A stretch of DNA of 64,000 nt from Nitrospirales bacterium (GTDB lineage Bacteria > Nitrospirota > Nitrospiria > Nitrospirales > UBA8639): contig CBDBCZ010000015.1 of the NCBI GenBank assembly GCA_965203295.1, positions 256,001 to 320,000 of the forward strand, written 5' to 3'. Below the pieces are notes generated by a model. The model was given only the letters and a program-made list of their open reading frames with translations, made no database searches and was not told the origin of the DNA. Of this stretch, positions 50,930 to 64,000 are shown one piece after another. A program made the translations under genes and the position numbers. The first letter of the stretch is position 1. Every line of letters begins with the position of its first letter.

Positions 50930-53900
50930 CTAGTAAGACGTGCGTATATGAAATTGTTCAAGACAGTGTCCCTGACACAGAAACACATCACACTTAGGGC
51001 AGAAGTTTTGCGTTTTGACATCTTTTTGTTTTCCGTATTTCCGACGACATACAACGCACCTTGATCTTTTTTTACTTTTGTATGCAAAGTGCTTGCCGGT
51101 CAGTCGCTTCTCAGTAGTTGCTGGCTTTCTAGATCTACCCTTAGAGTCGGTGGGCAGCTTGGGTTAGCTTTGAGATTCAAGAGAGGCTGCACTAGCTCTT
51201 CGGCTAGCTTTAGCCGAAAGGACCTCTGTGACTTTATGGCTGAATTGGGGTTGTTCTGGCGAAAAAGGATCCAAGCATTTATAATGCAAATGTCCACCAA
51301 CCTCCAAAAAACCTTCTTCCACCATTTGAGTGTACGCCGAGTACTCATGGAGTAGTAACTCAGATGTTGGTCCATTAGATCTACGCCACCCATGTATGCG
51401 TTATATTCGGAAATGATGGTGGGACAGGGAATGGGCTGTTTTTCGCGGCTTCCTTTAGGACGCTTCAGAACTACTGTGGCGGAGGTATTATGCATTGTAC
51501 TCAATGCAAGCACATCTCTACGGTCAAACCACCACACAGCTGTCAGTCGACCTTCACTAGCGGTACCAAAACGCATGTTGCCTGGCACAGCGCTCCCACT
51601 AGGTTTCAAATCTGGGGGAAAGCCTTTGCGATTCGGTCGCACCGTCCCAGCGCTGTATGTTCCAGTAGATCGAGGAGAAGTCTTGGCCCTGTATAGAAGT
51701 TGTCAATAAATAGGCAATGGCCTTTTCCTTGGAATGGTTCCATAAGTTCCATGACAACTCTGTAGCTCAGTCCTTTCTCTATGGTACCTTCATGGGCACC
51801 AGTGTATATTTCAAACTTCAGAACATACCCAGTTTTTGCCTCAGAGTTTACCCAAATCTTTATCCCAAGTCGAGTGGGTTTCTTCGGCATGAACTGCAAA
51901 AAAGCAATACGACATCGTGTCCCTACCATCATTTCATCTATGCTAAGTTGACGCAACGGTTGGTAGTACTGTTGAAACACAGCAGACAAATGGTCAATCA
52001 AAGGTCTAACCTTGAACAGGGGGTTGTACCCCTGCTCACCCTGTTTTTTCTGCTTGGTAGAGTCTGCTAAGTGCAGAAATCTTAAGATGGAAAGGAAACG
52101 ATCTCGAGACATGATGGAAGGAACCAAGGGGTTGCTAAAATGTTGTTTGTAGCCCAGTAATCACGAATTTGGGGAAGCCGTAACATTCCCATTGCGATGT
52201 TTACTCCTATGAAAGCTTGCAATTCCTCAATACAGAAGACGAAGGTTACACCTTTTTGGGATGCAAACAGTATCGTCTGTTGAACGATCGATTCTAGAAT
52301 GACAACCGTAAGGAAAAGCTCCAATATTTGCAGGGGACTCACAGCATCTTTAGTCCGAGGTGAAGGGCCAGTGGGATAGAAAAAGGGAGGTAGCTGCCGT
52401 GGAGCTGGTTTCTTCTTTGCAGTAGAGATGAGTTTCCCAAGTGACCACTTCAACTCTCTATCACTGTCCCTGTTAGCAAAAAAAAGTTTGCTAAAAGGGT
52501 CACATAAGAACAAACATTCCTTAGTCTGTCTCATTTTTCAAACCACCCCTTTTATTACAGAATCTGACTTATGTGACCCTTTTAGCAAAATTTGACCGTT
52601 TGGGACTGTTTTACACTAGCAGTTGGCATAAATATTTTGCTTATGCAGAACTGCAACTGTTAGGTTAGGTGGAATTGACAGAAAATCCAAATGGTCAATT
52701 TTCCCTGAAAAGGTGACAAAATTAGGTGATGGTATACCTAGCAGACTCTTGAACACAGCTGCTTGTACCACGGTTGCTTCTAGCTCCACCTCGACCACGC
52801 CCAACACCACGCCCTCGTCCACGCTGACCACCTCGACCTCGACTACGACGACCTCAACCACCTCCACCGCGGCCACCACCACGGCTATGATCACGGCTAC
52901 TTCCACCTCTTCGAGCATGGCTACTTTTGTCACTTTGAAGTCGTCTCCTTTTGGGTGGCGGAATGTCATCATCCGAGGTTTCAGGCTCAGTAGTAGTGCC
53001 ACATCCAATACTTCCACCACATCCAAACACAGAACATATTTCAGAAGCAGCACTCGAATCTTCACCTAAAAAGAAATTGGTATATGAATGGAAATACATA
53101 TTTGGAGATTCATATTGAAACTAGAAGCGCATCAAGCCGGCGAGGGAGCATGCAAGTAGTATAGACGGCGAAATTCAAACACGGCAACCGGATGCTAATT
53201 TTAGTAACCACCAAATATGGAATATATACACACATGGGTACGTAAGTCGGTGAGCGGCAGCTTTGCAGGCCGACTACGGAGAGCGTTGGATGGTGATACA
53301 GCTAACGCAGGCCCCGAGCACAACGACACTGATGGGAAGGTTAGTTGTAAGCCTTTGTAAGAGTCATTGAGCATGAGTACGGCAGTACTTGGACTCACTT
53401 GTTAGAAGATTGGTCTGTCTCCCATACGCTTTCGCTTCGGAGAACTAGTCATCTCGCTCGAGTATGCCGACTCACCACTTCATTTTTATCCACTTTGTGG
53501 CTTTCTCTGTTAGCTACTTTTTCCTGCTGTTGCATCATAAAAATCAATATACGGATACTACTTTTTTTAGAATAATTATGACTGCCATGTTTGAATTTTA
53601 TCGTCTATGTATTGCACGTGCGTAGTTGCATGCTCCCTCGTCGGCTTGATGCGCTCCTGTTGAAACTTATCAGCCTTGTTCCCAGGCTCAACAACCCAGT
53701 GTTTTTTTTGCTTTTTGGGCTGGGAGCCTGGGCTCTTTGGTACATCACATGACGTCACGTACTTGATATAGTTATTCTAAATCAATTTACTCATGATGTA
53801 TAGCAGTACTTCACTGTGTGTGTTGCTGTAAAGTCAGAGTCGAATCAGAGTGAAGACTAGCTGTTGTGGGCTGAAACAAATATTGTCAAGGAAACTGACT

Positions 53901-55235
53901 TACTAGTGGTGGGCCTTACCACCTGGCGTCAAGGTAAACAGCTAGCACAGCCCAGCATCTAGCTACACATGTACCACCAACTCAATATACCGCATATACA
54001 TCGGGTACCTAGACTACCATATACACCCTGCTAGCTGTTTACCTTGGCACTGGGTGGTATTCGGCTTGACAACCAGTTTCTATGCATGGTAGCACTACCC
54101 AATCCAGATAAATTCAAGGACTACTGCTAGTTGAAACCTTCCTTGACTTAACAGTTTTCATCTCTGATTCAACTCTGACTTTACAGCAGCACATACAGTG
54201 AAGTACTGATTTACATCATCAGCAATTTGTTTTAGCAAAACCACATATGCTTCGTCACATACATAAAGTTCTATGATGTACCTGGCTCCCAGCCTACGTT
54301 CTTCCAATGTGCAAAAAAGCTGGGCTGTGGAACCTGGGGACAAGGCTAAATATAGGCACAACTGCAAATTTAGTCAATGGTCAAGAGTCAAAGCCGCTCA
54401 AAAGCTAGGGTGTACTCAGTGGTCAAAGCGTGCTCTATAAAATATGGTCAACAGCAGATCATAATGCGGAACAGATGGGCACATGCACAAGCAACAGTCT
54501 ACAGCTTGAAGATCACTCGAGAAGGATGGATATTTTTTTTCAGCTGAGTGTTCAATTGGTAAGCTTTACAATCAATGGGTCTAGTAGAGCAGTCACAGGT
54601 CAATGGCCAAAAAAATCAGCATTATCAACAGCCAAACCACTACACAGCTTTGACACATGGTCGCAGTTGTGACTATGCAGTCTATAGGAGTGACTACCCA
54701 TTGTCTAAAGTAGGCTCTGCCTACTGCACATGCGCAATAGCTAATTAATTTAGCAAGCGCATGTTCAGAAAAGTCGGCAAGAAGGGATTTGAGCTTTGTG
54801 TCCAGCTACATCCATAAGCTACTATATCGTTGAAAAATGGAAAGGCAAAATTATAGGCGTATAAGCTCCCATTTTTCAGTCATTTATATAACTACACGAG
54901 TAAACACACACACACACGCGCAGGCACGCACCTTCAAATTCATCGTCAATGAAATCTTTGTCCAAAAAGAGAAGCGAAGTCCTTTCAGCCGGATCAAGAG
55001 CCGTAGCATTCTTCAAAAACGCCGACGGATCAGCGCTAAATGCCGTTTCCAGGGCTTATTGCAGTCTCTCCGCGTCTTCTTCTTCGGATGTTGACAGCGA
55101 CTCTGTAGTGATCTCGTACAAATCATTGGCATCGGAGTCAGAACTACTATGATCACTGGCAACGGAGTCAGAGATATACTGATTGCTACTTTCGACCACA
55201 CTCACTTCCTTGAAGGAAACGCGTGAACCAGCCAT
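50930..55235 (-). pseudogene. Intron-containing piggyBac transposase, inactivated (copy B)
   Basis: ORF fragments 51100..51642, 51606..52127 and 52082..52534; same exon structure as A; private frameshifts at ~52123 and ~51660. Confidence 0.92.
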
Positions 55236-56493
55236 TCTATTCTAGGCAAAGAAGCACGAGGATACCAGCGCATGCGAATAAACAATAATTATGCGCATAG
55301 TAATACGCTTACACACTCCGCACGCCGTACGCAAGTCTAACTGGCGGGAATTTTGAAACTAAACAGCGTGTACTTTTAAATAATATAGCAGTAAAAGATT
55401 GGAAGTGGGCTATTTTGATTCCCTTTAGGTTTTCATGAGTTATTAATTAAGGTGTGACACCTATGTATTCCAGGAAAAATACTACCCACATGTGCTAAGT
55501 AAAACACAATGTCTATGTGCATATCTTCATTGACTAAACCAACTCATCAAATAGAGGTAGTAATGTGCTTAGCCTCCGACCCAGGCCCTCATCCAGCTTT
55601 TTGTTACATGCAGAGAGCCTGGGTCCAAGACTAGTAATGCATGGTGCTAGTAGAGCACTGCCAGCTCAAATTGAGCACGAAGTCTTATCTTTTGCCTCAT
55701 CTACCTCATTCTGTATTTGTTCTGTGATATACCCAGCAATACACACTAGGTTGTCCATCAAGGTGATTGGAAATCCCGCACACCTTAAATGATTTCACAA
55801 CAGCGACCACGTCTACACATGCGCATACTTAGATACTTACAGTTGAGACAGCTACATACTTAGATGTAAGCTTGCAAATATGAAGTATATGAAATTATCG
55901 CAGAAGGCAGAACAATATTTTCTAGCAACCAGGAAGCATGCACTAGCTCCTTTACTGTTTTTAGTTCATGTTTGGAAAAGTCAAATTAGTAGAAGAGCTG
56001 TTTTCAGGCTGTTTCAATTGCTTGGGGGAGTTGGATTTGAGTAGGTACAAAAGTTATGCGTGTTGCATTGTGAATGTGCGTGCTGTGAGGGAAGAGGTCT
56101 AGATATGCAGTTCCTCCTTCTAGACTATCAGCCATATATCTTAGCGGTTGATACACGGAGCACATATAGAGAAACCTTGACTGCAAGATCAAAAGTGGTT
56201 GCAAGAAAGCTTACAACAGCATATACATTGGGCCTTATATACTTCCATGATTGTCTAAACACTGTGATAGTACTTTCACACATCTGATATAGATACGAGA
56301 CTAGCTCACTAGCTCTTCTCATTATCCTCTATGACTGAACTGTGTATAGTAACATTACAGCTGTATTTCTCAGTGTAAAAATACACATAGAGGGAAATGT
56401 CTACTACAATTAGTTAAATCTGCCCATGCATGCAGTGTAGCATAATTTAGTTAACGGTATCGAATATCAGTAATTTTCTACTTAACCTGGTAG

Positions 56494-59400
56494 GTGAACA
56501 CTGATGGATACATACATTTTGCTACAGAAGAGATCTTCATTGCACCATTCTTAGTGCATGAATGTGGATGCAAGGGGAACTGGAACCGTGTTCTACAGAC
56601 AGACCAATTATGTTCCCCTCACGACTAGATTTGCACAGTACTTTAAGAGCATTAGTGACTTTTCTCCTGCTTCCCTCTTTATTGCTACCTGGGATGGTGT
56701 CGGCTCCTACAATAGCAACACACACTCAGTATGTCAGCAGCTAAACAAGAATTGTGAATCATTTATGTAGCTAGTATGGACTAAACAAACGAAGGTACAA
56801 ACAACTTGTCTTAAATTGATAGAGTGGACACAATGAAAATAGTGGTATAAAAGCCTAGCTTACATTTGGTGCTCCTCCCTCATTGTAGACAAACACATTT
56901 CAGTGTGTGCTGGCAACAGACGGTGTGATCTCAGTTGTTGTGTTCTTGTATGCTGACATGCAGTGGGCAATGGCTGATTCACAAAGTCGTGGCTCAGGGT
57001 CTGGAGGGAGTGGACTCAGCGATGTGAATGATTTTGCTGCAGTTGGATTTAGTAATGGGATAGAGTTTGACTGGCTCTTATACGGAGGAAATTTTACACA
57101 TTAATTCGACAAGCAACATTGCAGTGCCAGGGATGTGGACATTTCGAGTGGATGGCATCAATATTGAAATTGGAGGTACATGTATGATATTGCTTCCTTG
57201 CCAAAAATTGCTTGGTCAGAAGTGTTCGTATAATGTCTGTATATTGTGTTGATATTACGTACAGGATGTTATTAGTAAGTGTGCATGGACAACTGAAGAA
57301 GAAAGCAAGGCTGATATATACGTATAACAGTATGTGAAAGTAAAGCAGTTAAGAACACAAGTGGAGTGAACTAGCATTGTAAATAAGTTAGTTTCCTGTC
57401 TTAGGCAAGCTTATCAACCCACTAGTCTTTCTATTTCCATGCAGCATGGATTGGAATGAGAATGTAACCACCGGTTGAAATACTTCATTTCCTTGAGTAT
57501 ATTCTGTGCAGTGATTGTAAAATTGGCTTCTAACACACCTGATTAAGAGAGATTGTCTTACTTTATTTTGTTCTGTTTGCCTTAAATTGTCCTTTTACTC
57601 ATGATCAGGAAACCTGCACTTGTATTAGTTGATTAGTATGTTAGTACCTACGATTGTGGTACGTATGTCCATGTTCTTTCATGAATTGCTGTGGCAAAAG
57701 ATGTTCTCTGCATTAAAGTATACGTAATAGTTGTACCATGGGTTTCTAGGGTGTATGGGATTTGTACTCTGAGGGCAGTTATATGTATTCCCGAGGGCGC
57801 AGCCCGAGGGAATACATATAACTGCACGAAGAGTACAAACCCATACACCCTAGAAACCCATGGTACAGCTGACTTGTACCATAATACAATTACAAACTAC
57901 AATTACAAACGCTGTTAGTTATGACAAGCGCTAATGGAGAAGCATTAGTTGCCTGGCAACCATATACCCTAGGGTATATTGACAGTTCAAACGAGCCGCT
58001 AGGGTGTATGGCTGATATACCCTGGGCGGTGCCTTTCATGTAGAGGTGCATTATGGTAAAAGTACATATCATATGTACGTATATTCAAGCTTTTATATAT
58101 GTAGTGGTAGTGAAATAATTACTACGTATGTATCCCAAGTAACAAGGGACCATACTGTGGTACATTCACTCTGCACAAGAGTACATGTTAAGCTTCTCCT
58201 ATAACTGCTACTTTATCTGCTTGCAGATGTTGATGAATGTGCAGACAGTAATGGAGGGTGTACTCAGTTTTGCAGCAATTCTGTTGGTAGCTTCCTCTGC
58301 TCCGGCCTGCCTGGCTATCTTCTGGACACTGATGGACTCACTTGCAATGGTATGTCCACAGGCTGCCATGTACATTCGTACATTAAATCTTTCAGAAACA
58401 TGATCATATGTACATATCTAAAAACTAGCTTCCTATTTTTAACTCTTACATTAGCTATCTGTTGTTTCTGTCTATATAGATTGTGTCAAATGATTACACC
58501 ATTACCTGTGTGATATACTACTGGGGTTTTGAAAACAAGATAATTGAATACTTTACAGCAAATTGATATAGATAAGTGTATGAGTGCATTGGACAGCTGC
58601 AATGACCACACAGAATCTATATAGAGACGCTGATGGAAAAGATTGCTGTATCTGTTTTGGTGGTCATGAGGGAGATGGTTACAACTGTAAAACAAACCAA
58701 TATGGAAGCATTTAACAATCTGGCTTCAATACCCCTACATAAATGTCCAGGAAAGCTAATACCTCTACTTTGTTTGCATATTTTGTCTCCCAGATTGCAA
58801 GAAAACAAAATTAGTGTTCTGTGGGGATACTACATTATGTAGAGTTTACAATCGCTCGACAGTAGATATAAAAAAAATGGCTTGACTTACTTTAAGTCAT
58901 TCTTAATCATGTTTACTATGCTTCTTGAAAGTTTCAACTAGCTGGACTCAACTATGCACTCTCTTGTGATGTAACATGTAGCTTCATCAGGAGCTGTATT
59001 CATGGCTGTGAAGGAGTGGCACTAATTGCATAAGAATGTTTCCCATTATGATAATTATGCTGATTAGTGGGGTGGGCACATTTTCTCATGTATCTATCCA
59101 TATTTCAGAAGATTGCAGCAGCAGTCTTCAGTGCCTCTAATGAAGCTATATCAGTCTGTATTCTCTACTGCATTTCACTCCATACAGACATCAATGAATG
59201 TGTAAGAGGCACTGATAACTGTGACATAAATGCAATCTGCTCAGACACTGAAGGAAGCTTTAATTGTACTTGTATCACTGGATATGAGGGCAGTACTAGT
59301 GCTGCTTGAAAGTAACAATCTAATTGTTCTATCCTTACACACACAGAACAACACTAGACAGTAGACTACTACTTAGCTATCTTTGTTGAGTTGAATTGTT

Positions 59401-59858
59401 GAGAATGTAGAAACCCTCTTGAAATGTGGTACAGCAAAGACATCAAATTGCAAATCCATCTCAGTACACAAGCATATATATGCCCCAGAAATTCAGGGCT
59501 GCTAGGTCAAATTCTGTCACTTCTGTGCCAAAAAATGGTTCGATGGTCAACCTACAAAAACTTGATTTTTCCAAACCAATATATCCTGACACCAACAACT
59601 GATACATTGATACAAGCTCAACAAGAAACCATACATGAGCTGGTGCAAGAGTATAGGCAGCTTGGCTCATAAACAGACAAGGACATACTACATGTAGTTA
59701 CTAGCTATTTGTACTGTGACCATCACTTTCCTACAGGTCCCCGTGTTAATGCAGGCTTCACTACATGCTGTGACCCTGTGAATCAAAGAATGGCTGTTAC
59801 TGTGATCATAGATTTAGAGATTGCCGTTTTGAAATACAAGCTATCAATTGCTTTCCTG
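56494..59858 (+). pseudogene. NIDO + cbEGF gene fragment (copy B), frameshifted
   Basis: Paralog of 29866-32891 with a 4-bp insertion at ~56557 and an 8-bp deletion at ~57070 in the NIDO exons. Confidence 0.88.
57727..58064 (+). mobile_element. Palindromic family, locus 6: 338-bp segment present only in copy B
   Basis: Empty site TATACGTACATATC at ~31087-31100; 5' ATAGTTGTACCATGGG; apex GAGGGCGCAGCCCGAGGG; internal ACTTGTACCATAAT is complementary to the 3' end ATTATGGTAAAAGT. Confidence 0.9.
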
Positions 59859-61949
59859 GTGAGTTGTACATAATGTGTCTGGACATGTGGTTGTTCAGAT
59901 TTTATGCAAGCACTTAATAATCAAAGCGTATGGTAGTATTCCATTTGTAAGGATACCACAGAGAATTTGGACGCTGCATGTAACGTGTAAAAAATGGTGT
60001 GTTGAAAAGTCTGCTCTATATTTCAGCCAAACTTGTCATTCTTGAGTGTTTTCATCTGTAACAAGAGTATTGTAATGTTGCTAGAGAGCATTCCTCAAGT
60101 ACCTGTTTGACATGCCCGAAGTGAATTTGCTCACTCATGGGATTGCTCAATTTATAAGGGTGGTACGGTGGCAAGACCCTAAATCGTATCTACCTCGGTC
60201 TATATACCAGCTGTTGGCAGGCCTACAGAGCTGTCTGTGAAAAGTGATGTACTGACATTTTTTGACCACAAGGATATATGATTTATTTCTATTCATGGCA
60301 CATGTGAGATGTTTTATTGTGAACTTCACGAAAGCTGATGTTCAGCACACTGCTGTAATAACATCGGAGAAGTTCTCATCTCAAGTCATCAGTAATTCCT
60401 TCCCTATGCCAAGTTTAGCATCCATAAGCACTTCACCTTCTCCTATTTTGATCTCATTTTGCAAGTATTGACTTCTTCTCCTAGCCACTATCAGTTCTTC
60501 CAGTGTAGTTTCATCTGCAGCTGACAGCAATCCCTCCCTCTTTGCATTATTCAGCCCATCACCACTTCTGGTTCACGAGTATGCATCAAAGGCTAATGTG
60601 CTGCTAAGTTCGGGTGTCCAAAATACATGACAGGTATTTGTGGTCCAAGTACAAACGTTTCCATATGCATGTGCTCTTGAAGTATTACGTGGTATATTAT
60701 AACTCATATGTGATATGTACAGTTTAAAAGCCAGTTGAGTGTGAACACTGATAATTGTAGCCATTGATCAATTCTGAAAACAATAAGAGAGAATTATTTT
60801 TACTTTGTGCAATGATACCAAGCCACAAAATAACATTCTTATATCCATTATTCAGGCTACGGCTTATATCCTCTATTTGTGAATATGGCTGGTGGGATTA
60901 CGATGTGACTAGCTACAATTACCAATGCTGATGAACATGGCAATCTTGGTGTGCTGAAAGGAGTGTTGAGTCTATATATAGTGCAAGTTACTTCTAAGGA
61001 TTCCAGTGTGGGGTCAGGTGCCTGTATATGATATTGTTGTGCCATGGAGTGTGTGTGGTTGGCAAGATATTGATGTAGGGATGATCGATGGTAGCTAATT
61101 TGTGAACGTTCTGTGGTGTCATTTCTACCTTGTTTGGTTACTTTATTAAGGATTTATCCCTACATGCTCTTTCAAAACTTATTCCTGCTATTTTTTGGAG
61201 GAAATGCCCATTGTGTATTACGGTTGTGTGGGCTAATGAATTGTTGTAAAGTGGAGCATATGTGCGGTGCAGTACAGCGAGTGTCTGGGTTTGTTGGGAC
61301 GAACCTCCAGTAGAGTAAGTGAGAGGGTGTCCGGACAGTAGGGTTTGTCCAGAAGTGTGATAAATTTCATTCCTACGGTTTTCTGCCTGCGCTTGTATGC
61401 ATAGCAAGTAGACAACAGTAGTTTGTGATACATAACAAAGGCAGACAGAAAAGGCCCAGAGAATATGAGGTAACCCCACCATCTGGACACCCCCTCATTT
61501 ACATTTACCCTACTTCTAATCCCATTAGAACCTACGTACTTACAGATGAGTGACTGGGTGAGTCTTTCTTGTATGCTGACACCAGTTGAAATCTGGCTAC
61601 ACAAGAATATGCGTATCGTTATTTTTTTCAACAGCATGCACCTCTGGCCAGAAGTCGTTTGGACTAGTACTTGTGCCAACCAAATATAATCAGCCACATG
61701 AGTAAGTGTATTCCAGCTAAACTTCATGTAGCAGCTAGAGCCCTAGTGGGCACAATCCAAGTGTATTATTTGCCCTTGACCGTTACTTAATTGTCCTCGT
61801 GCACTAAATAAATCCCGTAATCACTGCAAACTGGTATCTTAGTTTCTACACTTTGCCGTACTTCACAATACAGTAGTGAAGTGTGGGCTTGTAAGAAATG
61901 GCAGACAACTTCCCTCCTTAAAATCTATTCAGCTAGGAGCAGCTAAAAA

Positions 61950-62345
61950 ATAAGTAATGATCTCAATGAAGAGTTAGAGAGACAGAGGGGTATAAATGAT
62001 GATAGGCAGTGTGAGTCATGTGGAATGAATGTGGGAATGTAGTACACGTGCTTTGGGAATGTCCTTTGTATGATAGCTTACCATTGCGGGGACGGGGTGA
62101 GATTGAAGTTTAGTGCACTTAATTATTTAACAGAACAGGCTTTATTTCAGGGTGTTAGAATTGTGATAGGTATACTTTAGTAACAGTTTTATAAATAATC
62201 TGGGAAGAATAATTATACGGTGATCAGGATGGTGCAACATGTATATAGTTGCTGTCCTCTGTCTTCAGATCCTATAAGCCGAGCCTGCATATGTAGGTGT
62301 GTGGTCAATGGCGTAAGCTCTATGACAGCAGTACGAGTTTATTAT
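61950..62345 (+). mobile_element. Degenerate LINE 3' end fragment (copy B)
   Basis: Paralog of 34975-35370. Confidence 0.75.
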
Positions 62346-63941
62346 TGTGACGTATTTATCAGTACACAACAGCTGCCTTAGTTCTATGAAGTGTGTGATG
62401 AGAAATTTAGCTTATAATTCCCTAATGGATGTAGAGCCAGACTTCATACCTCAGTATCTGATAGCCTAAGGTTCATTCATGCAATTATTACGTTACTACA
62501 AGCAAATTCAACACCAAAGAAATCTTGCCTAAAGATGCCAGGTTTTTTGGAAATCTAGTTGCATGTCAATACTTTAATCTTTTATAGTTTGTCTGTCCAT
62601 CTGTCATGGATGGCGAGAATGCATATAGTAGTCCTTACCACCACCCAAGTACAAAGTACAGTGGGTGAGCAGAGCTGTAGATGTAAGTGTGATATACAAC
62701 AAATTCTGAATCATGACCTGGGCATGGCTATGTAGGGTGTATTCATGACTCAACTTTATAGCAACAAACTATGCAATGGATCAGGGGCCATAGGAGCAGA
62801 TGCTTCAGCCACCAGTCCAATGCTCAGTGCACCAACCAAAAAGAAATATTCAGATCGAGGTGCAAAATGAACGATATCACACACATGGTGTAAGCTGAAT
62901 ACAGTGAATAAAGCAGCCAGTCGTATTACCAACATGGCTGTGCCACACTTCCTGTTTCAACCAATCATAGTGTTTAGTTTTCCAAAGTGACAGTTTGGTT
63001 CGAAGGGTGATGCACGATCGCTACGTGCGATATGCACTTATGTGCATCCTTAGGTGACAATACATACATACACAGCCTGAGAAAGAAGCGTGTTTGCATC
63101 ATTGAAGTAATTATTGTGCTAAACTGGCTGAAGAGAAAAAATTTAACAGTTGAGTATAGGTCATACAGGAGTACATCTTGAGTATATAGTGTTCTGAAGA
63201 TATGATTTTATGTGTGTTATATGAAGTGGCCATTATTTCCCTGTGCCATCCCTACGTATGGAGTACTACCATACTCCATGATATACAGCCTACGTGCCTA
63301 ACTATATGTAAAAATACTTTCGACAAAATTCATGGAGCCATCGTTTCACTTCACAACCTTTGTCAGTGCCAGTGGTATTTTCGTTTGCGTTACTGCCATT
63401 TACTGTGCAATAATGTTGTGATGACAACCCAACAAATATTGTCATAATTCGATTTGATTGTGCCATTACTGACTCTTAGTGCTGCCATATTTCCTATTAT
63501 AACATACTTGATAATCAGTTCCAGGGGTGTGAAACAATTCATAAGCATGAAAAATCAATAGTAGTAACATTTCCATTCATTTTTGAAGCGCTCAGCAGAA
63601 GCTCAGAGGCTTAAATAGAGCCAATAAAAGCAAATGACAGGAATATCAGCCCCATACAGCTGCATACGTGTATGTATGTACTTTACTGGGCTGCGAGATT
63701 TAGAAAGGACGGTGTTAATTGGTCATCTTTATCTCTATCAACACATCTGTTACCGGTAATTTACTATATCCGGCCAAGAACCCCGTTTTAGGTACGTATT
63801 TTCCTTACTGAAATGAGCACAAACCATACCTCCTATTTCCTTCCTGTGGCACACGGGTGGGTGTAATGCAGCAATTCAGTTCCACCTGCTGCTGTAGAAC
63901 TTTATAATTTGATTTTAGATCGGGATCCCTCCTTTGCATAG

Positions 63942-64000
63942 GTGGAAAAAAGTGTCCATCATGTAACCAACATTTGGTTCATGACAAATGGAATCTCTCC
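63942..64000 (+). pseudogene. Copy B of the CxxC terminal exon, truncated by the window
   Basis: GGKKCPSCNQHLVHDKWNLS, identical to 36968 onward. Confidence 0.55.

Larger units (their letters stand above)
40612..64000 (+). repeat. Tandem segmental duplication, copy B (truncated by the window end)
   Basis: Colinear with 13530-37026; offset 27082 at the start and 26974 at the end. Confidence 0.97.

Overview
Eukaryotic, AT-rich, intron-containing DNA with no rRNA, tRNA, CRISPR or prokaryotic genes. It looks like an invertebrate genome, plausibly a sponge or other non-bilaterian (inference only). About 80% of the window is a ~27-kb direct tandem duplication (copy A from 13530, copy B from 40612, running off the right end). 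The left ~5.7 kb of the unit is clearly more diverged between copies than the remainder, which suggests unequal crossing-over between two older paralogous segments. The unit carries a 3-exon, inactivated piggyBac transposase gene (- strand), a decaying NIDO + calcium-binding EGF gene (+), an orphan C-terminal Cys-motif exon and non-LTR retrotransposon remnants. Left of the duplication are two orphan PRPF31 exons (one frameshifted) and a dense, nested set of non-autonomous DNA transposons with TA, TTAA, 5-bp, 6-bp and 9-bp target duplications. The most unusual signal is a family of small non-coding elements at six independent loci. Their arms differ, but they share a 5' terminus, a GAGGGCGNAGCCCGAG-like hairpin apex and, where both ends are traceable, an internal segment complementary to the two joined termini. 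One copy is a clean presence/absence polymorphism between the duplicated copies.
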